Positions 12,161 to 25,376 of a stretch of 64,000 bases of DNA are shown in pieces. The notes beneath the pieces are model-generated. The model did no database searches. It was not told where the DNA came from and saw only the letters and a program-made list of their open reading frames with translations. The DNA comes from Squalus acanthias (Eukaryota): contig CM059432.1 in assembly GCA_030390025.1 (NCBI GenBank), positions 130,882,001-130,946,000 on the forward strand. The letters run 5' to 3'. The position numbers and the translations under genes were made by a program. Position 1 is the first letter of the stretch; each line of letters starts with the position of its first letter.

Positions 12161-12605
12161 GTGTCAGCCGTGGCTCAGTGGGCAGTGCTTTTGCCTGTGT
12201 CAGAAGGTTGTGGGTTCAAGTCCCACTACAGACACTTGAGCACAAAAATCTAGGATGACACTCCAGTGCAGTACTGAGGGAGTGCTGCACTGTCGGAGGT
12301 GTCGTCTGTCAGATGAGACTTCAAACCGAGGCCGCTCAGATGGATGTAAAAGATCCTGTGGCACTATTTCGAACAAGAGCAGGGGAGTTATCCCTGGCGT
12401 CCTGGCCAATATTTATCTCCCAATCAACTTCACTGAAACAGATTATCTGGTCATTATCACCTTGCTGTTTGTGGAGCTTGCTGTGTGCAAATTGGCTGCC
12501 GTGTTTCCTACATTACAACAGTGACAACATTTCAAAAGTAATTTATTGTCTGTAAACTGCTTTGGGATGTTCTGAGGTTGTGAAAGGCGCTATATAAATG
12601 CAAGT
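12161..12605 (+). mobile_element. Full-length DeuSINE (SacSINE1-like)
   Basis: tRNA head GTGGCTCAGTGG...GGGTTCAAGTCC, Deu-domain-like core, L2-like tail ggcgctatataaatgcaagt. Confidence 0.85.
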
Positions 12606-13269
12606 TTTTAAATTTTGTGTTAGACCCGTAGAGAGTAAGAACATTCAGTAGTATCGAGTTGTCGCTAGGATTTCAGTGAAGTGTTATGGGCATGTGCCGT
12701 TTCTGTGCTATGTCCACTGTGAAAACCCCAGACAATGCAATTATAGAATATCCCCTATGAGACTTTGGATATGACTGGAGAGGGAAATTTCAGCTAGTTG
12801 TTGCATGTCTCTCACTGTTGACGGTAGTGGTTAGAACAATGTGAGGTGATTATTTCAGGGTATTTCGCAACATAGAACATAATGGTTTGTTTGTTTTTTT
12901 TTTATTCCCCCACATAGAGTATTGATACCGCTTAATAAATCTAGTTGACCGTGTTGGTATTGCAAATTTGTATGATGGCAGGAATCATTTCTTCTTATGA
13001 TTGGGGAGATTAGTTCAATAATTCTTTGCAAGACAGAACTCTGAAGTAAAAGTATAAAGGAGTAATAACCTTAAATACTTCTAATATCCATTGTGGTGCA
13101 AGAGAGTTGTAGAATGCAGGAATGTGCCAGGGAATTCCTAACTCAGTCGGTTCTTAAACTTGGGTGTGGCATCAAGAGATGTTGAACAGAGGCTAGATGG
13201 TTCCTCCTCGCTGCCATTGATGGGGAAAGAAAGCCAGTGGATGAATTACCACGGGAATGGTTTCATAGG

Positions 13270-13412
13270 AAAATAAATAGACCAATCTGCCCCTCAAACC
13301 TGTTCTACCATTGAATTAGATCATGACTGATCTGTACCTCAACTCAATTTACCTGCCTTTGCTCCATGTCCCTTGATATCTTTACCTAACAAAAATCTGT
13401 TGATCTCCATAA
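13270..13412 (-). mobile_element. CR1 3' terminal fragment
   Basis: Homologous to the 3' UTR at 14738-14880. Confidence 0.7.
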
Positions 13413-14737
13413 GATCAAACTTGTGTGTTACGTTATATCCACAAAGGGTTAACTATTTCAAAGGAGAGCAAAGGTTTGTTGGCAGCATCTCTGTTGCTGT
13501 GGTAACTGAGGTGCTAGGATACCAATACCAGTTTTATGCTGCCGAAGTGCTTTTATATGGAGAAAAATGGTGGTATGAAGTCTAGGGCTGAGTGTTGTTT
13601 TCCTGCCATTTTTAATACCAATAAGGTTTACACTGCTATCTTTTTACACCCTTGTGCTTGAATTTAGTATCAGATGAGCACTTGAGTTCTGCTTAAATCT
13701 GGTATTAAGAATTAAGTATAATTGTGAGCCTGTACACCCTACACCAATGTAACATATTAAGAAATCCGACACACTCAAGCCACTGTGCAATGGCTTTACT
13801 AACGCAAAAGATTCAAGCATGCAATGACGACGAACATGAACAATGAAAGTCATTAAACCTTAGTCTAGCAGAAATGCTGTACAGCGTCAACAATGAATGC
13901 TGATCAGCTGCTACCTGATCTGCACATTACGTGCAGGCACGTTTTATGGTGATTTGTGCTGCTCATGAGGATACCTGGTATCTGCCGTCCACCTACTGAT
14001 GGCTTAAATGACTGTGCTTGTTGGACGTCTAATGACTAACTAGTGACTACAGTCTACCCTTCTGAATTAAAAGTTGCTTAATTCATATTATCTGATCATT
14101 TACATTTTTAGCACTAAATTTTCACTTTCTGTTTATATTGCTTAGCTCAAATTTTTGCTAATTTGAATTTTTTTAATGGAGGGAAAACAAGTTTGAATCA
14201 TCAGGAATAAACTGTATAACCTCTTTGGGGGTTGGGGGCAAAGGAGCTTAGGGCTTCTTTGGAATTGAGTTGGCTCCAAGAAGGCATGTCCAGCAATGAA
14301 AGATGGGAACAAAGTGAACCCTTCATGAGAGATTTGTTAACCTGATACTTGAGCCAGGCTTCAATGAGCCAAGCTTCATTTCTCCAGGACAGTAAACCGG
14401 ACTCATTAATGGAACCTGGAGGAGTAGACCTGTCATTGGGGGCTGGGATACTTCCCACTTAGCTCCAGGTAACCCTGCAAACCAATGTACCCAGCTGTAC
14501 AACTAGTTGGGAATTTGCAAGTGCTTGCGTTGGTAAACCTTGGTTAAACTGACTTGAGTAATGGAAGTGTGTTCCTGCAGATGGAGAATGTTTACTATCT
14601 GTGTGGATTTCTCAGTAGCTTGTTTTAAAGACTCTTGAGCATGGTGTTGGGTTTGTGTGTGTATGTCAAACATCTGTCTGACTTTTAAAACAAAAGCCAG
14701 ACTATAGGCAGAAAGCAATGTGAATGGATTTATCAAG

Positions 14738-15465
14738 GAACATAGGAACAGGAGTAGGCCATTCAGTCCATTGAGCTTGTTCCGCCATTCAGTTATATCA
14801 TGGCTGATCTGTATCTCAATTTTATTTACCTGCCTTGGTTCCATACCCCTTAATACACTTACCAAACAAAAATCTATCCATCTCAATTTTGAAATTTTCA
14901 ATTGACCTAACCTCATCAGCTTTTTGGGGGAGAGAGTTCTAGATTTCCACTTCCCTTTGTGTTAAGAAATGCTTTCTGACCTTGCCCTTGAATCGTCTAG
15001 CTCTAATCTTAAGGTTATGTCTCTTTGTTCTACTCTCAGCAGAGGAAATAGTTTCTCTCTTTCTACTCTATCAAATCCTTTAATCATCTTAAACACCTCA
15101 ATTAGATCACCCCATAATCTTCTCTACTCCAGGGAATACAATCTTGGGAATGCAACCTGTCATAATTTAACCCTTTTAGCCCTGGTATCATTCTGGTGAA
15201 CCTATGCTGCACCCCCTCCAAGGCCAATATATCCTTCCTGAAGTGTGGTGTCCAAAACTGAATTCAGTACTCTAAATGGGGTCTAACCGGAGCTTTATAT
15301 AACTGTAACATAACTTCCATCCCTTTGTATTTCAGCCCCCTTGAGATAAAGGCCTACATTCCATTAGCCTTTTAAATTATTTTTTGTACCTGTCAACTAG
15401 CTTATAGTGATTTCTGTACTTGGACCCCTAAAGCTCTCTGCTCCTCCACAGTTCCTAGCTGCTTA
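14738..15465 (-). mobile_element. CR1 LINE 3' portion
   Basis: Tail gaacataggaacaggagtaggccattc; degraded ORF2 C-terminus homologous to 22819-23480. Confidence 0.9.
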
Positions 15466-16402
15466 TCAAAACATTGAGGAATTGAATTTTTAAATAAAAG
15501 TGGAACTGCTCATGTGAACACATTATGTATGACGCAGAATGTTGTCTCGCAGATTAGTGTAATTGGTCAATCTGTTGATGCATTTGCTGCCAGGACCCAG
15601 TGCTAATTCAGGATCATAGGTATAATAGGGATATTGTTTTAAAATGATTGCCATACCAGTATTGAAGTGGATCTGTTCATCACATAGCAACAATACCAGC
15701 CATCTCTAAATCCTGAATAAACAAGATTCTGAATATGCAACAAGAAATATAGTTTTAATTAAGGACCAGTGATTTTTAAGACAATTTCCAGTTTATATCT
15801 GTTGTGATTCACTTGTGTTGCTATTTTAAGAACAAACCCTCTTCCTCTACTTCACCCCTCCCCCTGGTCCTACCAAAAAAGTGGGAGAAAATTGTGCTTA
15901 TTTTTGTGTTCTTTAGAGGATAGTTGGTGTTGGCGACGAGCACACATTTACACTGGGTATCAAAAATATTGAATACTCCCAAGTCAGGAATAGTACAGGC
16001 CAGATGCAAAGGAAATCTCTCTATTTTGTGAAAACAATGTGCTACAACCCCAATCTTCTGTTCCAGCTAGCAATGTTTTACAATAAATCAGGTGGTGAGG
16101 GAGTGCAACATGGCTGACAAGTGATCAGGGCAGCCATTTTCTTCTGGCCACAGGCAGGCTGTGACCTCTTATTGGCTAATGTTCTGCCTTGCACACCTTG
16201 CACTTCCCCTGACACCTGCTTAACTTCTAGCTCAAGGTAATCTGACAACACAAAAAGCACATCTGGGTGGAAAATGCAGAAAAATCATCAGTTTAATGCA
16301 CCATGTGTGGCTGAAGTATAACCTCATTAGCTTGCATGTGACACAAAAATTAGCAGGTGTTATAAAGTGCTGCATTTTACAGTGTTTTCTCTTTTTCAAT
16401 AG

Positions 16403-16464
16403 GGGAGTTACCCAATCTGGGAAGATTTTATTAACAAAGCGGGTAAGCTGCAGTCCCAACTCAG
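16403..16464 (+). CDS. MTSS1: MTSS1 coding exon 2
   Basis: Acceptor ttttctctttttcaatag; encodes GSYPIWEDFINKAGKLQSQL(R); 62 nt; donor CAG|gtaagt; in frame with exon 1. Confidence 0.97.
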
Positions 16465-19400
16465 GTAAGTCAACATATTAAAAACTCGTCGTGCTTCTGT
16501 ACTATTATTTATAGACCAGTAGCTTGAAGGTAATGCTTCTGCTTTGAATTAAAAGGCACTTGAGGGAGGGGATAAAGGGAAACTTGTATTATAAAATGTT
16601 AAAAAAAAATCTCTTCGTAATCCTGGCGTTACCAGGATATCCTCTAAGGGCTTCATGTTGTTGTCAGAATGACAGGCTGTCAGATTACCAGCAAAGGTCA
16701 GGAAACCTTTGAACTTGAACTTGTAGCAAAGGATTGCATTGGGATTTGGGAGTGGTTTGGCTCAAATCTGCAGCATGTAGATGATGATCAGAAAGGTTAA
16801 AGGGGCAAACTGCAGCCATAGAGACAGATGGTTTTGTCCTTAAAATTGCAGTGTGCCACGGAAAATTGATTAGAATCATAATTGCAACAAGTCCCATGGC
16901 ATAAAAAGTCCTTTTGAAGGTAGCTGGGTATTATAGTAGTTTAATAAAGGAAGAACTGCTCTAAATGTTGCTGATTTTTTGAAGTCTTCAATTTATTCTG
17001 ATGTAATTGAAGTAAAGGGGCAGAGAGTCTATGATTTCTTTTTTACTATTCTTGTTTGAAATTTTAACATAAAATTAAGATTTGCACATGTCAATATCTG
17101 CCAGTTAAATAATCATTATGGAGTGAACTGAAATAAAACTAGTTCCATTGATTTGGTTTGCTCAGAATTGTTTAATATCAGTTTCTTTAAAAAAAATTAA
17201 AATTAAAACTAGGCTTGATTGAAGACTGTCGTGGTTTGGCATTCTATCCATTCACTTTCGTTACCAATGTTTTGGATCCAGCCTAGATTCTTGGGATCAA
17301 AGTCTTTCTGCACTGGCTGTCCGTTCTCTAAATAAAATGAGTTTGGATACTGTGGTTTGAATTTGTAGCAAGTGTAAACCTACTCACAATTCACACTAAA
17401 TTGTCAATCACTCTGCAGTCACAACAGTGGATGGGTAATGTATGGGAGATAGAAACTTTCACACACATCTGGTAAAGGGTCCGTTCACATTGGACAAAGT
17501 AGAAGAAGGTTTATACTCAGCACCATGGCATATTTGATGCTGACACTGGATAACAAAAAGTAGAAAAGGTTAGCCATACTTCCTCATTTGTTCAACTCCA
17601 TACAAATAGGAAATTGCTGTTATCCCGTGGGGAGGAAACACCAGGGATAGAATCTGTAATAACTTTGTGATTGCATAATTTTTGTTTTTAAAAGTGTTTT
17701 TCCATTCCCTGTATATAATGTTTCCTGAATTGCTTTTTGTCAGTCCTCTTTTTACCCCACTCTTTGATAGCAATCATATACAGCTATATATGCACACAGT
17801 CCCTTATTGTTTTCTTTTTTTTAAAGCAGAGTGTGCAGAGTTACAATGACTACAGAGCCTTTTGCTTTAAATATACCCTGTGAGTGCTTTCCTTTGTACT
17901 TTGAAGATATGCATGGGTAAAAATTTCAGATTTTCCAGCAGAATTAAAAAGTAAACTATTCAAGCTTACTTATTTTCAGGGACCTATGTTTCTGGCAACC
18001 AAGTAGATAATTTCAAAGATTTCACAGAACATCAGTAGAGACTAAAGTTCTCCCAGGCATGGCCTCTAAACTGAGCCTTGCCACAGTCCATGCTTCTGCC
18101 TTTCAAAACATTGTGGTGGTGGAGGTGGGGGAAGGGAAGGAAAGACCTTTCAGGCCAGGGAAGACTTTATGCCAGGCTGGAGGAGGGAGAATAGCCAGAA
18201 TGTAGGTGGGAAAAGCTGCCTGCCTCTGTCTCTGCCACCTTTGAATTCTGATCATTACTAGACTGCAGAACTTCAGCTGGGAACTTCAGCTAGATGAGCA
18301 GACCTTGTTTCATTGGAGATATGTGGAATGGGGAGAAGGGATACCCACTGCGCACAATTTTGTAGTGACTTTTTTGAGAGGATCAAAGTGCTCAACCCAA
18401 AGAGCCCTTGACTCAATATATGTGCAGATATTTCGGCTTTCTCCCACCGCAGAGATCAGGGATACTTGCGTTCCTATTCCTGTTGTAACTTTCCAGTATT
18501 TCTAGGACTACAAAACAACATACATATAATGCCTAAAAATTCTAAGCTCCTCCGTAGTGAAAGGAAGGTTCAAGATTTAACATTACACCAAGATCACCCG
18601 GGTTAAGGAGGTGGGCTCGCATTCTTATCTGTAGCCATTCTTAGATTACATTATTTGTATGCCGTTTCTGTAATAGACTGACACTTCTTTGCTGAATGGG
18701 GTGCACTTATGGAAGGAGTATGGACCCCAGGCATAGGGACTTGGTTACACACCTTGAGGCTTGAAATCGGTCAATTTGTTATCCTTCGAGAAGCATATTT
18801 GCTTTGCTCATTCCCATATACCATTGTCTATTACTGTATTGGATATGCTAGGGAGGAAGTAAGTCGAGCCAGCTTTACAAATTGGCTTCCATCACAAATC
18901 TGTTGAGCTTATGAGCCACTTTTACATAGCGTGTCTATAGGTGACGGGTGCACAGTAGTCCTGCTACCACCAGCATTCCATACTATAAGGTAGGAGATGT
19001 CTGCACTTCTGTCAGCTGTAGAGTCTTGGTTTGTGACTGAACTAGATTGGCCAAATGGGTTTACCTGCCTCTGCAAGTTACAACTGTCAAAGCTTTGCAC
19101 AAGGTTTAAATTCTGAAGGCTTAAAATGCTAAACTGGAGGCACTTTTCTATTGACATCAAGATCGCAAGTATACCCCTTAGTGTGCAATAACTTCTAAAG
19201 TGTTTGCAGATCTTGTTCTTTGTGGCTAGCTATCTAGCTCACTTAAATGGAAATAACTGAATCAGGAACTTTTCACCACCTTGTGGCAGGGAATTTAGTT
19301 GGAGACCACTCTATGATGAGGTTTCTGAAGGGTACTTGGAAAGTTTAAAAAATCTCACCCGGAATTTGAATCTTACTCTGAGTAAATGAATGTCAGAACA

Positions 19401-19579
19401 GTTTAATTCTGTTTTCTTGTGCAATTTACACTAAAGACAGTCACTTTGTTTGCACTCATTTCTGTAAGTAGCAGGGGTGCTACTTACCTATCTGAGATGC
19501 TTTTATTTCAGGAAATTACAGTTTTGAAGGTTAATCTACCACCATACAAGCCTATTGCTGAAAAGTATTGCCTTGTTGA

Positions 19580-19972
19580 ACATACGAAGAATAATTGACA
19601 GGAAAAGACCCATTGGTCTATCCAGCCTGTCCCATACAGTTGTGATGCTTTGTGCATCACAATACAATGCAATCCCCACACCACCGGAAAGCCATGTAAT
19701 CTCCTGGGTGAGGCGAAAAAACAGATTAAAACCCCAGGCCAATTAGGGAAAAGAAATCTGGAAAATTCTTCTCCGACTCCCTTAGGTGATCGAAATTAGT
19801 CTAGGTGACCACTTTAGCTCTGATTAATGTTATATGATACCTCGTGACTGTATGAGGTGATCTCTGCCTCGGCCAGAAACAGATCTAGCTCTCGCTTGAA
19901 GGAATTCAACGAACCAGCTTTCACCGTATGAGCTGGCAGCCTGTTCCACAGGTCCACTATTCTGTGGGAAAA
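19580..19972 (-). mobile_element. CR1 subfamily 3' end with a different 3' UTR
   Basis: FSHRIVDLWNRLPAHTVKAGSLNSFKRELDLFL motif. Confidence 0.8.
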
Positions 19973-20709
19973 TGTGTAATTCACGCAATTGTTTTCTTTC
20001 CCAGTTGAAATGGGATTCTTGGTAGGCCTAATAGTTAAGTAGAGGTTAGCAAGTTGGACAATAGTATGCATGTCTTGATGTTTTCCAGGGAAAGTTTGAG
20101 TGCATTTTATTCTTGCTCTAGCAATCTGATGAGCCAGTATGTGAAGGGAGATCTTCCTCTGATGAGACGGGTACTTGGAAAACTTAATCATTTTTGAGCA
20201 AAATCTCACCTAGGATCTGAATCTTGGTTGGATGGGCTTTATACTTGGAACAGCTACCTAGTTAACACTCAACACTATAAGGCAGCTACTTGGCGCAACT
20301 TTTATGTTTTTGCTAAACATTTTTGACTTGATCTTTCAGTTTAGGATGATCAAATGTATACAGCTGAGTGGAATGGGATTACCTGGGAAACATTGCATGA
20401 AATTCTTAGAGATAGATTTCCCAGGTGACTTTCCCAATGAAGATAGTTGATATCTCTATTTTTGTATGTGGATATTGAACTGCAAAGCAAAGAGTGAATA
20501 TTACAATAATCTTCCAACATTTCCCAAACTGGCAGCTCTCTATTTAGCACTCTATTTAAGAGCTTGGCAAGGCAGCAGCTTTTATCACAGAATTGGGTAC
20601 ACAGTGCTCACGATTTTTCATCCATTCAATTTAATTGATTTTGACGAGCTCTTGTTCCCAAGCACTGAAGAGGAAAATCTAACCCCCAATGTTCACTGAC
20701 GTAAAACTT

Positions 20710-20736
20710 AATAAATAAATAAATAAATAAATAAAT
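20710..20736. repeat. (AAAT)n microsatellite ~60 nt upstream of exon 3
   Basis: Direct reading. Confidence 0.9.
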
Positions 20737-20795
20737 CTCATGGCTTCATGTATTAGATCAAAAAGCAGTGTTCACGATTTTTATTTCTGTTCCAG

Positions 20796-20869
20796 GACAA
20801 CAGTGATGGCTGCTGCTGCCTTTTTGGATGCCTTTCAGAAAGTGGCAGACATGGCTACGAATACCCGTG
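20796..20869 (+). CDS. MTSS1: MTSS1 coding exon 3
   Basis: Acceptor tttttatttctgttccag; encodes (R)TTVMAAAAFLDAFQKVADMATNTR(G); 74 nt; donor GTG|gtaagc; phase matches exon 2. Confidence 0.97.
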
Positions 20870-22575
20870 GTAAGCAGTCCTATGTTTAGTGGCTTCTACC
20901 AGACTTTAATGGGGTTGCTTGCTTTCCAGTCAGCTTGCATTTGTATAATAGATTTTGCCAAAGGCTTGCTGTAATATTTAGATACCAATATGTAACCCAT
21001 GCATTTAATGGTTAGGTACTGCCATATATTGACCTTCAAATTATAAATTTAAAGGGCAACTAGTATAAGAATTTGGTATTCTGTTCTTCCGTATAAGTTG
21101 ATTTTCAGCTTTGCTTGGTTAATACTGCAACTACAGTGGGATTATTTTCCCATTATCTGCTTCAAGATATGAACAGAATATGTTGTAGAAGAGCTGTGGT
21201 GTGGTTGCGATCATGGTTCAAAAAAGACTAATATGCTATTTGATGTTTTGTTTTGGAAAAATTTTGTTAAAAATAAAACTAGTGTTTAAGTACCAGAGTT
21301 TGCTTAATAAAGATTGATATTATTGACTGTTGATTCAGTATTAATTTAAATAATTTAGACTGGGGCACTTTCGTTTTAGAATACAGTAAGATTCTCCAAA
21401 ATCAGTTTATTCACAAAATAAAACCTCCTTGCGTTGTGCATAATTAATAGATATTTTAGCCAAAATTTGTTTCAAAGTCCTTCCTGTTCTCTTCTAGACT
21501 GAAGAGCACATTATATGAGCACCTGCAGTGGATGATATTGGCTCAGGGACAACCGTAGCTTGTCCCTTTGTGTTGGTGTGGAAAATGTGAGCGTAATTAA
21601 TGTAGTCAGTCATTTGGAGGCACTTGTTGGGGTAAATTGTATGGACAGTTTTACAGATTGACTCTTGGATCAATGTGATATTTTAATTTAGCCTAGGACT
21701 ATAACAAATTTGGATTTATATATAGACTTGAAAACTACAAAACCAAAATCTAGTATTGTAGGTTATTTCTTTTGTAAAGAAGATTTGGAAATTTTATGTT
21801 GCAGCGAAAATAATGTTGAAATTATGTAGATCTATGTTGACGATGGAAGGGGCTTATATTGAGGTCCATTTGTTTGTCTGCTATACCTACGTGAGACAAA
21901 TAAGTGGATGATCCTACTTGGCCTCTTCTCAAAGTTACCGCCATTACAGACGCCAGTGTCCAGCCAATTCGGTTCATCCCACACCTTAAGAAGTGACTGC
22001 ACTGGCCACAACAAAGGCTGTGGTCCCTGATAATATCCCAGCTGTAGCGTCGAAGACCAATGCATCAGAGCTAGTCACTCTCTAGCCAAGCTGTTCCAGT
22101 AGAGCTATGATCCTGGCATCTACCGGACACTCTGGAAGATAGCCCAGTTATGTCCCATCCACAAAAAACAGGATTAATCTAAGCCAGTCAGTTATTATTC
22201 TCCCAATCATCAGTAAAGTGTTGGAGTCGTCAGAGTGACGTCAAGCAGCATCTACTCACCAATAATCTGCTCACCGGCCCTCAATTTGGGTTCTGCCAGA
22301 ACCAGTTGGCTCCAGACCTCTTCACAGCCTTGATCTGGACATGGATGCAAGAGCTGAATGCCAGATGAGACTGGCTGCGCTCAACATCAAGGTAGCATTC
22401 GACTGAATTATAGTACCAAGGAGCCCTAGCAAAACTGAGCTCAATGGGTGTCAAAGCGAAGACTCTCTAGTGGCTGGAGTCATACCTGACACAAAGGAAG
22501 ATGGTTGTGGTTGTTGGGCACTATTCATTGGAGCCCCAGAACATAGCTGCAGAAGTTTCTTCGGGAAGTGTTCTT

Positions 22576-23815
22576 AGAACATAAGAACATAAGAACATAA
22601 GAAATAGGAGCAGGAGTAGGCCAATCGGCCCCTCGAGCCTGCTCCGCCATTCAATAAGATCATGGCTGATCTGATCCTAACCGCCAATCTACTATCTTTC
22701 ACAGAACCATCTCCTGCATCTAACAGAATTGCCCACACGAAATAGGAGCAGAATCAGGCTACACAGTCCCTGGGCCCGCTCCACTACCCACAGGGCCATG
22801 ACCGATCCGAACCTAGACTCATGTCCAAATTCCTGCCCGCTCCCCGTAACCCTTAATGCCCTTTACTTCTAGGAAACTGTCTATTTCTGTTTTAAATTTA
22901 ATTAATGTTGTAGCTTCTACAGCTTTTTGTGGCAGCATATTCCATGGACCTACCACCCTCTGAGTGAAGTAGTTCCTCCTCATCTCAGTTTTGAAAGAGC
23001 AGCCCCTTATTCTAAGACTATGTCCCCTAGTTCTCGTCTCACCCGTCATCGGGAACATCCTCCCCGCATCCACCCGATCCAACCCCTTCACAATCTTATA
23101 TGTTTCAATAAGATCGCCTCTCATTCTTCTGAACTCCAATGAGTAGAGTCCCAATCTACCCAACCTCTCCTCATATGACCACCCCCTCATCCCCGGGATT
23201 AACCGAGTGAACCTTTTTTGCACTGCCTCGAGAGCAAGGATGTCTTTCCTTAAGTAAGGACACCAAAACTGTATGCAGTATTCCAGGTGCGGTCTCACCA
23301 ATACCTTGTACAACTGAAGCAATACCTCCCTATTTTTATATTCTATCCCCCTAGCAATGAAAGCCAACATTCCATTTGCCTTCTTAATCACTTGCTGCAC
23401 CTGCATACTAACCTTTTGAGTTTCGTGCACCAGGACCCCCAGATCCCTTTGCACTTCAGTACTCTCCAGTTTCTTGCCATTAAGATAATAAATTGCTCTA
23501 GGATTTTTCCTGCCAAAGTGCATCACCTCACACTTTCCAGTGTTGTATTCCATCTGCCAAATCTCTGCCCACTTACTTAGCCTGTCTATGTCCCCTTGCA
23601 GGTTTTTTATGTCCTCCTCACTCACTACTTTCCCTCCCATCTTTGTATCATCTGCAAATTTTGATATGTTACACTTGGTCCCTTCCTCCAAATCGTTAAT
23701 ATAGATTGTGAAGAGTTGGGGACCCAGCACTGACCCCTGTGGAACACCACTAGTTACTGATTGCCAGTCTGAGAATGAACCATTTATCCCAACTCTTTGC
23801 TTTCTGTTCAACCAT
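22576..23815 (-). mobile_element. Young 5'-truncated CR1 LINE; uninterrupted RT C-terminal ORF (22819-23811) and (TTCTTATG)n tail
   Basis: GVPQGSVLGP, KFADDTK and RDLGV motifs; 330 codons without a stop; octamer tail repeats at 22576-22603. Confidence 0.96.
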
Positions 23816-24759
23816 TTTCAGTTGCTTCATCAATTATGTACCTTCTAAGTTCAGGAGTGGGGCTGTTTGCTGATGATTCTAGTGTTCAGCTCAATTCACA
23901 ACTCCTCTAATAATGAAGCAGCCCATGTTAGCTTACAAGAGGATCTAATAACATCCAGGCTTGGGCAGACAAGTGGCTGGTAACATTTGTGCCATATAGC
24001 ATTTCCACCACATAAGTGCCTGGCAGTTACCATCAGGTACAACAGAGAGCCCAGCCATCTCCCATGACCTTCAATGACACTGCCGATGCCGAGTCTTCCC
24101 CATCAGCATCTTGGGAGTCACCAATGACAAGAAGCTTAACTCAACCAGCCATATCAACATTGTGGCTACGAGAGCAGGGAAGAGGCTGGATACTCAGCGA
24201 CGAGTGGCTCGCCTCCTGACTCCTCAAAGCTTCTCCACCATCTACGAAGCTCAAATTAGGAGTGTGTTGGAATACTCAGCACACACCTGGATGAGTGCAG
24301 CTTTAACAGTATTCAAGAAGCTTTAGATCATCCAGGACAAAACAGTTCGCTTGACTGGCCCCAGTGCCACTGAACTCTCAATATGCACCCCCTCTACTAC
24401 TGGTGCACTGTATCTGCAGTATGTACTATTTAAAATGTACTGCAGTAACTCACGAAGCTAACTTTAACAGCACATTTCCTGCGAACTTTACCACCGAGCA
24501 GGTCTAGAACAGTGGTTCTCAAACTTTTTTGGTTGAAGCTCCCCTTCTCAAATGGATTAGTAATCACGGACCCACCATCTAAATTATAATACTACATAAT
24601 ACTCATAATATAGAAGTGCTGAATGTGAAGAGTATTTTAATAATGCTTTTAAGGAGCATTGTCTTCATTGTTACCATAGCAGAAAATGATGTTTCACAAA
24701 TGTATGTTGTTGGGAAAGGTAGCAACACTTTCATTGCTTCTTTTACCAATTCTGGGTAC

Positions 24760-25030
24760 TGATTGGCAAAAGAACCAGAGGCGACATGAGGAAACATTTT
24801 TTATTACACAGTGAGTTGTTGTGATCTGGAATACACTGCCTGAAAGGGTGGTGGAAGCAGATTCAATAGTAATTTTCAATAGGGAATTGGATAAATACTT
24901 GAAGGCAAAACATTTGCAGGGCCATGGGCAAAGAGCGGGGCGTGGGACGAGTTGGATAGCTCTACCAAAGAGCCGGCACAGGCACGATGAGCTGAATGGC
25001 CTACTTCTGTGCTGTATTATTCTATGATAA
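24760..25030 (+). mobile_element. CR1 3' fragment nested in the hAT element
   Basis: IWNTLPERVVEADSIVIFNRELDKYLK and tail gaatggcctacttctgtgctgtattattctatga. Confidence 0.88.
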
Positions 25031-25340
25031 TGGAGGTACTTCTCATGCCTTCAGTTATGAAAGGTGCAGTGTAAGAAAATGTATTGAGCACTGATACTTT
25101 CCCACCTGTAACTTGGGTTTAATTGAAGTTTTCTCACTGGATTTGCTTTAATTGTACATTGATTTTTTTTTAACAAATAAGATTTAAACTCATTTGTATC
25201 GCTTCAGAGTAACTGAGGGGCAGGCGCCCAGCCCAGGAGGGGATCGTGTACTGGCTCTACCAGGGAGTGTACCGGGCTCCAACTCTCCTTTTTATTTTTT
25301 CAGTGAGGCCGACACATGGCGCCCACAGCTCGAGTCCGCG

Positions 25341-25342
<2 letters not shown>

Positions 25343-25371
<29 letters not shown>
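25343..25371. repeat. (CT)n microsatellite
   Basis: Direct reading. Confidence 0.9.

Positions 25372-25376
<5 letters not shown>

Noticed and set aside
12161-12230. tRNA genes (also 1490, 35600-35677, 37062)
   Set aside because: A/B boxes belong to SINE heads that continue into SINE bodies; no full cloverleaf
22576-22603. Short direct repeats as a CRISPR-like or telomeric array
   Set aside because: They are the CR1 octamer tail; there is no repeat-spacer structure anywhere in the window
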